The translations under genes and the position numbers were made by a program. Shown here piece by piece: positions 18,097 through 25,932 of a stretch of 38,766 nucleotides of DNA; positions within the stretch are counted from its first letter, which is position 1; each line of letters begins with the position of its first letter. A model generated the notes under the pieces. The model was not told where the DNA came from. It did no database searches and worked only from the letters and a program-made list of their open reading frames with translations. The DNA is from Microgenomates group bacterium RIFCSPHIGHO2_01_FULL_45_11 (GTDB lineage: Bacteria; Patescibacteriota; Microgenomatia; UBA1400; 2-01-FULL-45-11). The stretch lies in contig MHDE01000005.1 of NCBI GenBank assembly GCA_001803465.1, positions 17,310 to 56,075 of the forward strand. Reading direction: 5' to 3'.

Positions 18097-18245
18097 AACC
18101 TTTGCTGCTTGCCCGCCCTTACAAATCCCGATATATATCGGGAGAAGGAGGGTGGTACTTGTTCTTACTATTCTACTTGCGCTACTTTTCCAATGGTATC
18201 ATAGAGTAACGGATTACGAATTATGAATCACGAATCATGGGATAG

Positions 18246-19283
18246 ATGAAACAAAACCAGCATCGTGAATACCAGTACCTTAATCTCCTCCAAGACATTC
18301 TCGATCACGGGGTAGGAAAGATTAGCCACACTACTGGTGAGCATTTAAAAAGCGTCTTCGGCCGTCAAATCCGTTTTGATTTAGGTCAGGGTTTTCCGCT
18401 TCTCACCACCAAAAAGGTCTTTATTAAAGGCGTCATCCATGAACTATTGTGGTTTATCTCAGGCTCTAGTAACGTCACCTACTTGACGAGAAACGGCGTC
18501 CACATTTGGGATGACTGGGCGTATAAAAGCTACCAGTTACAAGTAGCCAGGAACAAGAAATTATCGGATCTTAGCCTCGAAGAGTTTCAGAAAAAAATTC
18601 AAGAAGATGATAACTTTGCCCAAAAATGGGGCGAGATCGGACCGGTTTACGGCTATCAATGGCGTAAGTGGCCATCAGCCGACGGCAGGGAAATAGATCA
18701 GCTGGCTTGGGTGATCGAAAAAATCGCCTTAAAACCCCAAAAGAAACACTATATCGTTTCAGCCTGGAATCCCGAGTACATTTACGAAATGGCCGCTCCA
18801 GGAAAAAGTATGGTCATTGCTCCCTGTCACACCTTTTACCATGTCAATATTGCCGCTGACAAACTCTCCCTTCAACTCTACCAAAGAAGCGCCGACATGT
18901 TTTTAGGCGTGCCCTTCAACATTGCTTCGTACGCTCTTTTAACGTTAATGCTCGCCCAAGTCACCGGCTACCGTCCTGGTGAGTTTGTCCACACTTTTGG
19001 CGACGCCCATATCTACGCCAACCACTTTAACCAAGTCAAAGAGCAACTCACCCGGAAACCTCGGCCCTTTCCCATCCTGAAGTTAAATCCCGCCATCAAA
19101 AAGATTGACGACTTCAAATACGAAGACTTTGAACTAGACGGTTACAACCCCTATCCAGCCATCAAAGCCCCCATCGCTGTTGTCGGCGGTTTTGAAGACA
19201 AAGACTACCAAGTCTTAAAAGACAAAATCAGCCGCCAGGGTAAGAAGGATAATAAGAAGGATAAAAGGATAAATAGAAGATAA
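18246..19283 (+). CDS. thyA: Thymidylate synthase (ThyA) with an internal insertion and a 33-aa K-rich C-terminal extension
   Basis: Motifs seen are [18 protein letters not shown], the catalytic PCH in [31 protein letters not shown] and ...IKAPIAV. Confidence 0.93.
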   Translation: MKQNQHREYQYLNLLQDILDHGVGKISHTTGEHLKSVFGRQIRFDLGQGFPLLTTKKVFIKGVIHELLWFISGSSNVTYLTRNGVHIWDDWAYKSYQLQVARNKKLSDLSLEEFQKKIQEDDNFAQKWGEIGPVYGYQWRKWPSADGREIDQLAWVIEKIALKPQKKHYIVSAWNPEYIYEMAAPGKSMVIAPCHTFYHVNIAADKLSLQLYQRSADMFLGVPFNIASYALLTLMLAQVTGYRPGEFVHTFGDAHIYANHFNQVKEQLTRKPRPFPILKLNPAIKKIDDFKYEDFELDGYNPYPAIKAPIAVVGGFEDKDYQVLKDKISRQGKKDNKKDKRINRR

Positions 19284-19313
19284 GATTCTTAAAACAAGTT
19301 CAGAATGACACCG

Positions 19314-19363
19314 GGGATATCTTCTGCCGTCATGCTGAATTCTTTTCAGCATCTAAATATCCC
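19314..19363. repeat. Nested hairpin / REP-like element downstream of thyA
   Basis: The outer stem is gggatat (19314-19320) / atatccc (19357-19363). The inner stem is atgctgaa (19332-19339) / ttcagcat (19345-19352). A related half-site caagttcagaatgac lies at 19295-19309 in inverted orientation. Confidence 0.55.
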
Positions 19364-19428
19364 AGAATTGACCATTGCGCAGTAGCGTATACTGAATAGA
19401 AATCTCATGAAAGAAGTTGAGTCACTCG

Positions 19429-20034
19429 ATGAGACTACCCAAAGCCATTACCCGCCTGATTGAACAACTGGAGAAATTACCCGGCATCGGGCCCAAAACT
19501 GCCCAACGCTTAACTTTTTATCTTCTCCACAATCCCCAAACCGAACTCGACAACTTTGCCGCAGCCTTCCAGAATCTTAAACGAGAAACGGTCATTTGTT
19601 CTATTTGTAACAACGTCGCTGAAACCGACCCGTGCCGAATTTGTTCCGACATTAGCCGGGACACGTCAATCATCTGCGTCGTCGAGCAACCCCTGGATAT
19701 CCTCGTCATCGAACGCAGTGGGGGCTACACCGGCCTCTATCACGTCCTCCACGGCGCCATCGCTCCCTTAAATAACATCGGCCCCGACCAACTCCACTTA
19801 AAGGATTTGCTGCCCCGTCTTAAAAGTGATACAATCCGTGAACTAATCTTGGCCACCAACCCCACCATGGAAGGGGACGCTACTGCCATGTATATCGCCA
19901 AATTAATCGAGGAGAAAGGCTTAAACAACTTTAAAATCACCCGCTTAGGCCGGGGATTGCCCGTCGGCGGCGATTTGGAATACGCCGACGACATCACCCT
20001 CACCCGTGCGTTTGAAGGCAGGAAAGAATTGTAG
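19429..20034 (+). CDS. recR: Recombination protein RecR
   Basis: It has the HhH motif LPGIGPKTAQRL, a C4 zinc finger CSICNN...CRIC and a Toprim domain. The start is taken at ATG 19429. Confidence 0.93.
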   Translation: MRLPKAITRLIEQLEKLPGIGPKTAQRLTFYLLHNPQTELDNFAAAFQNLKRETVICSICNNVAETDPCRICSDISRDTSIICVVEQPLDILVIERSGGYTGLYHVLHGAIAPLNNIGPDQLHLKDLLPRLKSDTIRELILATNPTMEGDATAMYIAKLIEEKGLNNFKITRLGRGLPVGGDLEYADDITLTRAFEGRKEL

Positions 20035-20035
20035 T

Positions 20036-20794
20036 ATGGCGGTGGAAGCTATAGAAACCGGATCTAAAATAAAAACATTAGGGTGTGAACCTGAAAACCC
20101 ACCCCAGGTTAGCCAATTTGTGAGAACTCTTGAGACTCGATTTTTAACTAGCTTTCATAAACAAGCAAACATGAAATTTTATGATGGGGTTGCACCTCAG
20201 TACGCCAATGAGCGGGCCTGGACTACAGACACAAGAAATAGCATTCGGGAAAACCTTATTAGGAGAGTCAACCAATATATTAGTGATGGAGACAAAATTT
20301 TAGTTGTCGGTACAGGAACTGGTAGCGACCAAGAAATTCTGCAAGAGATAGGAGCTGTGTGTTACGGTATTGACCTGTCTAGACTAATGTTAATAGAGGC
20401 AAAAAGACGTATAAATGATCATTTAGTTCAAGCGGAAGCAGACGAAATTCCATTTCCTACCGACTTTTTTAATTTTGTGTACTGTGAGGCTGCTGCAGAG
20501 CATTTTGATGGGCCGTTTCTTAGTACTGAATTTATTCCAGAACTAACAAGAGTGCTGGTTCCAAATCAGAAGAGAGCCAATTTATTATTAAGCGTTAGGT
20601 TGGGTAATGGAAAAGTTTATCGTATATCTGATAAGAATAGCTTTAAATACTTTGCAACTTATACACAAGAAACCATAAACAGAATTTTAACAGATGCAGG
20701 GGTAGAAATAGTCGAACAGTGGTGCTCTCAAGGAGGAACACCCAGCGTCGAAGGCATCTTACCTTGGTTTAATACTATAGGAAAAATAAGATAG
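20036..20794 (+). CDS. Class I SAM-dependent methyltransferase
   Basis: Motif I is ILVVGTGTGSD, followed by GIDLS. The start is either ATG 20036 (1 nt after the recR stop) or ATG 20171. Composition is AT-richer than the neighbours. Confidence 0.75.
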   Translation: MAVEAIETGSKIKTLGCEPENPPQVSQFVRTLETRFLTSFHKQANMKFYDGVAPQYANERAWTTDTRNSIRENLIRRVNQYISDGDKILVVGTGTGSDQEILQEIGAVCYGIDLSRLMLIEAKRRINDHLVQAEADEIPFPTDFFNFVYCEAAAEHFDGPFLSTEFIPELTRVLVPNQKRANLLLSVRLGNGKVYRISDKNSFKYFATYTQETINRILTDAGVEIVEQWCSQGGTPSVEGILPWFNTIGKIR

Positions 20795-20795
20795 T

Positions 20796-21371
20796 ATGAA
20801 GGTTTACTTTACAGCGGCAATAAGCGCTTTATCTCAGTATGGTGATAACTATAAGAAAATTGTAAGTTCTCTTGAGGATTTAGGTCATACAGTAATCGCT
20901 GACCACATTTTAAAGAAATCGTTGACACAGGTTTTATATCAAGAGAAACCAGAGGAACATGAGGCTTACTACAAGTCAATGATAAAAAATATTTCTAGCT
21001 CTGATTTATTAGTTGCTGAAGTTTCTTTTCCTTCAACTGTTCATGTAGGTCATGAGTTAACTTTAGCTCTTGAAAAAGATAAACCAGTTTTAGCCTTGTT
21101 TATCAAAGGGAAGAGACCGGTTTTATTTTGGGGAATTACTTCAGATAAGTTTTATGCAACCGAATACGAATTAGGTGATCTTAAAAAAACCTTGAAAGAT
21201 GCAATAGAGTATTTAACTGAACAAATGGACACTCGGTTTAACTTCTTTATTTCTCCCAAAATCGCTACCTACCTTGACTGGATTGCCAAAAAGAAACGCC
21301 TGCCTAGAGCGGTGTACCTTCGCCGCCTCATTGAAGAGGATATGAAGAACGACAAAAACTACAGTAAATAG
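20796..21371 (+). CDS. NDT-like domain protein with C-terminal ribbon-helix-helix-like tail (paralog A)
   Basis: The sequence is MKVYFTAA...LLVAEVSFPSTVHVGHELTLALEKDKPVLALF plus the tail RFNFFISPKIATYLDWIAKKKRLPRAVYLRRLIEEDM. It is paralogous to 22559-23131 and to the tmk N-terminus. Confidence 0.75.
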   Translation: MKVYFTAAISALSQYGDNYKKIVSSLEDLGHTVIADHILKKSLTQVLYQEKPEEHEAYYKSMIKNISSSDLLVAEVSFPSTVHVGHELTLALEKDKPVLALFIKGKRPVLFWGITSDKFYATEYELGDLKKTLKDAIEYLTEQMDTRFNFFISPKIATYLDWIAKKKRLPRAVYLRRLIEEDMKNDKNYSK

Positions 21372-21511
21372 CCAATCGTCAACAGACAATAGCCAATAGT
21401 AAACAGACAACAGTAAAAAGAGTATAGGGGTTAGAGCATAGAGCATAGGGAAAATACCTGTAGCTACCAGCTTTAAGCTTTCAGCTATAACCTATAGACT
21501 ATACACTACTC

Positions 21512-22444
21512 ATGAAATCTTTCATTTGTCCGACGCTAGCCATCGACGACATCACTTTGCCCGACACGGTCTTAACCAAGGTGGTCGGCGGCTCATCTAC
21601 CTATGCAGCCCTGGCTTCATCCTTATTTGCGCCTACGGTTTTAGGTAGCATTGTCGGCAACGACTTTCCCGAAAAGTACCTTACGTTTTTGGCGAAAAGA
21701 GGCGTTGATACCCGCGGCGTTCAACATTCCAAAAAACCTTCGTTTCATTGGGTAGCCAAATACTCCGATGATCTCCACGACGTCAAAACCATCAAAAATG
21801 AATTAAACGCCTTCGAAGATTTCCGCGTGCCCCCGCTTAAAAAGTATACCAAAGGTTGTTACAGCGCCTTTATTTCCAATATCGACCCCGACATCCAATT
21901 AAAAATTTTGAAACTCCTTCCCAAAAAAACCATTACCATCATTGACAGCATGGACTTATGGATGATTGAAAAGCGGTCAGCCTTAAAAAAAGCCATTAAA
22001 TTAGCCGATATTTTCATGGTCAGCGAGCCCGAAGCCGAGGTGCTAGTGCAGGAAAAATTACCCTTGCCGTCGCTCATTGAACGCCTGATGCTTTTAGGCC
22101 CCAAAGTCGTCATTTACAAACGCGGTGAGCACGGTATCGCCATGTACGGCAAGATGGGCACCTTAATCGTTCCCAGCTATCCCCTTACCTTTGCCGTTGA
22201 CCCTTCCGGAGCCGGCGACGCTTTGGGCGGCGCTATCGCCGGTGTTCTTTCCCGCCTTGGCCGTTTTGACCGGCAATCAATGGCCAGCGCCATGGTCTTA
22301 GGCAGCATCATCGCCTCTTTCACTGTCGAAGGCTACGGCACTGAAGGTTTGGAGCAAGTCATCCTTCCCGAAGTCATCAACCGCGCCAAGGTCTTTTTGA
22401 GCCAGCTTCCCTGTGAGGATCATATCAACCTCATCAAACCGTAG
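21512..22444 (+). CDS. PfkB-family carbohydrate/nucleoside kinase
   Basis: It carries PfkB signature 2 DPSGAGDALGGAIAG and an N-terminal GG-containing strand KVVGGSSTYAA. Confidence 0.85.
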   Translation: MKSFICPTLAIDDITLPDTVLTKVVGGSSTYAALASSLFAPTVLGSIVGNDFPEKYLTFLAKRGVDTRGVQHSKKPSFHWVAKYSDDLHDVKTIKNELNAFEDFRVPPLKKYTKGCYSAFISNIDPDIQLKILKLLPKKTITIIDSMDLWMIEKRSALKKAIKLADIFMVSEPEAEVLVQEKLPLPSLIERLMLLGPKVVIYKRGEHGIAMYGKMGTLIVPSYPLTFAVDPSGAGDALGGAIAGVLSRLGRFDRQSMASAMVLGSIIASFTVEGYGTEGLEQVILPEVINRAKVFLSQLPCEDHINLIKP

Positions 22445-22454
22445 TGGTGAGAAT

Positions 22455-22562
22455 ATGAAGGTTTATTCCAAGAAAGCAACGCCTCCGACACGGCGAAGCC
22501 GGATCGAAGGCAAAGCGATATCAATAGCGCCGAAGGCTCAAGGCGGAACATATCTTCTATGA
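22455..22562 (+). CDS. 35-codon upstream ORF (MKVYSKKATPPTRRSRIEGKAISIAPKAQGGTYLL*), possibly a decayed 5' remnant of an NDT-like paralog
   Basis: An SD-like ggtgag lies 5 nt upstream of the ATG. The first 12 nt (atgaaggtttat) match the start of paralog A. Its TGA overlaps the ATG of 22559 (ctATGAag). It is below the ORF-track length cutoff. Confidence 0.2.
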   Translation: MKVYSKKATPPTRRSRIEGKAISIAPKAQGGTYLL

Positions 22563-23131
22563 AGATCTATTTCACCGGTTCGCTCCACAACCTCGACATC
22601 GACAAAGATGTCTATCTCCAAATCGTCAAAACCGTTGAAAGTTTTGGCTATTCCGTCAAAGCCGACCACATTTTAAAAACCACCAAAGAAGAGCTAGATA
22701 AAAAAACCGCCCCAGAAAGAACTAGTTTTTATAAAGAACTCAACCGCTTTATTACCGCCTCCGACGTCGTCGTCGCCGAAGTTTCCTTTCCATCCACCAT
22801 CAATATCGGCCATGAAGTTTCCTTGGCCCTGGATAAAGGCAAGCCGATTATTGCCCTTTACCAGCCAGGCAGAGAACCCGGGGTACTTCAAGGCATCCAC
22901 TCCGACCGTTTTATCCTTTTGGAATACACTCTTACCGACCTCAAAACCGTTCTCGAATACGGCCTCGAAGAGGCCGCCGCTCAAATCGACATCCGCTTTA
23001 ACTTTTTTGTCTCGCCGGAAATCGCCAGCTACTTAGATTACGTCGCCAAAAAGAGAAAGCTGCCCCGCGCCGTTTATTTACGCCGTCTTATTGAAGAAGA
23101 CATGGCTAAAAACAGCGACTATTCAGGATAG
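22559..23131 (+). CDS. NDT-like domain protein with C-terminal ribbon-helix-helix-like tail (paralog B)
   Basis: The sequence is MKIYFTGS...VVVAEVSFPSTINIGHEVSLALDKGKPIIALY plus the tail RFNFFVSPEIASYLDYVAKKRKLPRAVYLRRLIEEDM. Codon usage is host-like. Confidence 0.75.
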   Translation: MKIYFTGSLHNLDIDKDVYLQIVKTVESFGYSVKADHILKTTKEELDKKTAPERTSFYKELNRFITASDVVVAEVSFPSTINIGHEVSLALDKGKPIIALYQPGREPGVLQGIHSDRFILLEYTLTDLKTVLEYGLEEAAAQIDIRFNFFVSPEIASYLDYVAKKRKLPRAVYLRRLIEEDMAKNSDYSG

Positions 23132-23259
23132 GACTCTACTTGCTTGCCCTTCCGTAGTTCCGAGCCGATTCGGTCTGAGCAGTTCGGTGAGCTCATCGCC
23201 GGAGGGCTCACGGTCGAATGACTTGCGAGGGACGAAGGAGGGTGTTACATTTACCCCAT

Positions 23260-23784
23260 ATGTCCAAAACCATAGGCGGTGACGTCTTTGAGCAGCTGGC
23301 CGAGCAGAGCAAACATACTGCCAAAACTACTGTCAGTCTTCCCGGCCAGGTCGTTAATCAAGCCTTGGGGAAGTCAACCGCTCTTACCGCGAGCGAAACC
23401 ACAGTTCCTGAAAAGAAAGACGCCATCCTACCACCTTCTCAACCAACCACCAGCTCTCAACCGCCAGGTTCAGTGATAGAACAACAACGAGCCCAAGAAG
23501 AGCTGGAAGCCAACAAGCTTAAGCGGCACCTTGAAAAAATTCGGGAAGAGGAAGACTATCAGCGAGCCAAATCCAACCAGCAAGTTGAAGCCTCAAAGCA
23601 ACAAGCCGAGCAAGAAAAGGTGGAGGAAGTCAAGCAATTAGAACATGCCCAATCCGAACAGGAAAAGTCCCAAGTGTTGCAGGCTGGACAATCAGGCGCT
23701 ACTCCAGTTGCCGCTATCGGGCCGATGGGAATGAAAATTCTCAAAAACAAGGCCACCCATGAGCGGGGCACGATTAAAGACTAG
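23260..23784 (+). CDS. Hypothetical Q/E/K-rich, probably coiled-coil protein
   Basis: The ORF is low-complexity, charged and helical. The start is taken at ATG 23260 (MSKTIGG), downstream of gaaggaggg. Confidence 0.5.
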   Translation: MSKTIGGDVFEQLAEQSKHTAKTTVSLPGQVVNQALGKSTALTASETTVPEKKDAILPPSQPTTSSQPPGSVIEQQRAQEELEANKLKRHLEKIREEEDYQRAKSNQQVEASKQQAEQEKVEEVKQLEHAQSEQEKSQVLQAGQSGATPVAAIGPMGMKILKNKATHERGTIKD

Positions 23785-23822
23785 AATCACGAATTAAAAA
23801 TAATGAATCACGAATTAAAAAT
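23784..23822. repeat. Tandem 18-nt direct repeat (gaatcacgaattaaaaat x2, period 21)
   Basis: The copies are at 23784-23801 and 23805-23822. They are followed by ctattcgctattggctattcgcta (23844-23867). Confidence 0.85.
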
Positions 23823-23873
23823 GTAGCTACAGGTTTTCAATTCCTATTCGCTATTGGCTATTCGCTAACCGCT

Positions 23874-25301
23874 ATGTTCTTATATAACACCCTCACCAAA
23901 AAAGTCGAAGATTTTAAACCTATAAACCCTCCTAAAGTCGGTGTCTACGCCTGTGGACCCACTGTCTATGACTACGCCCACCTCGGCCACATGAGAAAAT
24001 ACGTCGGCGATGACATTTTAGTGAGAACTTTAAAATATGTTGGCTTCGAGCCCAAACTAGTCATGAACATCACTGACGTTGGTCACCTCACCTCCGACGC
24101 CGATACCGGCGAGGACAAAATGGAAAAAGGTGCTCAAAAACATGGTTTAAACGTTTGGGATTTAGCCAACAAATTCACCCAGCAATTTTTTGATTCTACC
24201 ACTGCCCTTAACGTCAAACCACCCGACATCGTCTGCAAAGCTACCGATCATATTCCTGAACAAATCGAGCTCATTAAGAAACTTGAGGTCAAAGGCTACA
24301 CCTATAAAACTGACGACGGTATTTATTTTAACACCAGTAAATTCTCTGGTTATGACAAGTTAAGTGGCATGAAGCTAAATAAGCTCAAAGAGGGTGCTCG
24401 GGTTGAAACCAATCCCCAAAAGAAAAATCAGACCGATTTTGCCCTGTGGAAATTTACTCCCAGCGGAGTGAGGAGACAAATGGAATGGCCTTCACCCTGG
24501 GGTAAAGGCTTCCCCGGTTGGCACATTGAATGTTCTTCCATGAGCATGAAGTATTTAGGCGAGCAATTTGATATCCACACCGGCGGCATCGACCATGTTC
24601 CCATTCATCATACCAATGAAATCGCCCAGTCGGAAGCCGCTACCGGCAAAATCCCCTTTGTCAGATATTGGGTGCATCACGCCTTTTTATCAGTAGATGG
24701 TCAAAAGATGAGTAAAAGCCTAGACAACCTCTTCACGGTCGCAGACGTTACCAAGAAGGGTATTAATCCTCTGGCGCTCCGGTATCTTTATCTCACGACT
24801 CACTATCGCAAAACCCTAAATTTCACCTGGAAAGGCTTAGCTGCCGCCCGGCGTGGGCTGGAACGCTTGACTGAATCAGTCAGAAGGTTTCAAACCGACC
24901 AGCAACGCCTGTCCCTGTCACCAGAAAAATTAAAGAAGATTGATGCCTACCGTCAGGAATTCGACACCGCTATCAGTAGCGACCTAGATCTGCCTCAAGC
25001 CTTGGCCATTGCCTGGGAGGTAGTCAAGTCTAACATCCCTTCGACCGACAAGTACGACCTGTTACGCGATTTTGATTCCGTTTTTGGTCTGAATTTAGCT
25101 CAAACCACCAGTCAAGTTGAGGTTTTACCCGAAAGCTTGGAAAAGTTAGTCAAACAACGAGACAGTTTGCGTCTAGCCGGCGATTTTACCGGCGCCGATA
25201 AAATCCGCCAGAAACTGCTCCAACTGGGTTTTGTCATCGAAGACACCCCTACCGGCACCAAGGTAAAGAAAGGTAAAGAGACGAATGAAACGCTTTCGTA
25301 A
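23874..25301 (+). CDS. cysS: Cysteinyl-tRNA synthetase
   Basis: It has the class I motifs HLGH (AHLGHMRKY) and KMSKS. Confidence 0.95.
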   Translation: MFLYNTLTKKVEDFKPINPPKVGVYACGPTVYDYAHLGHMRKYVGDDILVRTLKYVGFEPKLVMNITDVGHLTSDADTGEDKMEKGAQKHGLNVWDLANKFTQQFFDSTTALNVKPPDIVCKATDHIPEQIELIKKLEVKGYTYKTDDGIYFNTSKFSGYDKLSGMKLNKLKEGARVETNPQKKNQTDFALWKFTPSGVRRQMEWPSPWGKGFPGWHIECSSMSMKYLGEQFDIHTGGIDHVPIHHTNEIAQSEAATGKIPFVRYWVHHAFLSVDGQKMSKSLDNLFTVADVTKKGINPLALRYLYLTTHYRKTLNFTWKGLAAARRGLERLTESVRRFQTDQQRLSLSPEKLKKIDAYRQEFDTAISSDLDLPQALAIAWEVVKSNIPSTDKYDLLRDFDSVFGLNLAQTTSQVEVLPESLEKLVKQRDSLRLAGDFTGADKIRQKLLQLGFVIEDTPTGTKVKKGKETNETLS

Positions 25302-25923
25302 CTACTTAGTCATTTTGGCCACTGGCCTTGTCTTTATCGACCTAGCCTATCTCAACTGGCATCAAGCCAAACGACTTACTGTTGAAGAAAGATTAGCCAC
25401 TATCGAAAAGCGCCTCGACTCTCTTATTAAACGGGCACCAGCTTCTTCCGAGCCGTCAGCTAGATTAAACGCTAACCAAGTTAGTAGCCCCACCGCTACT
25501 TTTGACGAACAGAGCCCACCATCTCCTACTCCCTCTAACAGTAAGTCAGCGGTTACCACCAGCTCGGTCAAAGAATATTTCGTTCCCTTGGGTTCTGGCA
25601 ACACTATCAGTCAGGACTGGGTGGACATTACTTCTGCCAAGGCCACCATCGACAGCAGTCGCTATGGCTCGATTGAAGCCGTCTATTTTGAAGCCAGCCT
25701 ACAAATCGTCAACGGCGAACTCCACGCCCGCTTAGTCGATGAAACCGGTAACCATACTTATTATTCAAGCGACATCTTTCATAACTCTAGCACCCCTCAA
25801 TGGAAAACTTCCACCGCCGTCAGCCTCAATAATGGCACCCGTACCTATAAAGTCCAATTAAGATCAACTTCGGGTGAGCTTGGTACTATGGCGGCTGCTC
25901 GGTTGCGCATTCTGGTTAAATGA
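25285..25923 (+). CDS. Hypothetical N-terminally membrane-anchored protein with S/T/P linker and beta-rich C-domain
   Basis: It has one TM helix (YLVILATGLVFIDLAYL). It overlaps the end of cysS by 17 nt. Confidence 0.6.
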   Translation: MKRFRNYLVILATGLVFIDLAYLNWHQAKRLTVEERLATIEKRLDSLIKRAPASSEPSARLNANQVSSPTATFDEQSPPSPTPSNSKSAVTTSSVKEYFVPLGSGNTISQDWVDITSAKATIDSSRYGSIEAVYFEASLQIVNGELHARLVDETGNHTYYSSDIFHNSSTPQWKTSTAVSLNNGTRTYKVQLRSTSGELGTMAAARLRILVK

Positions 25924-25932
25924 CAGACTGGT

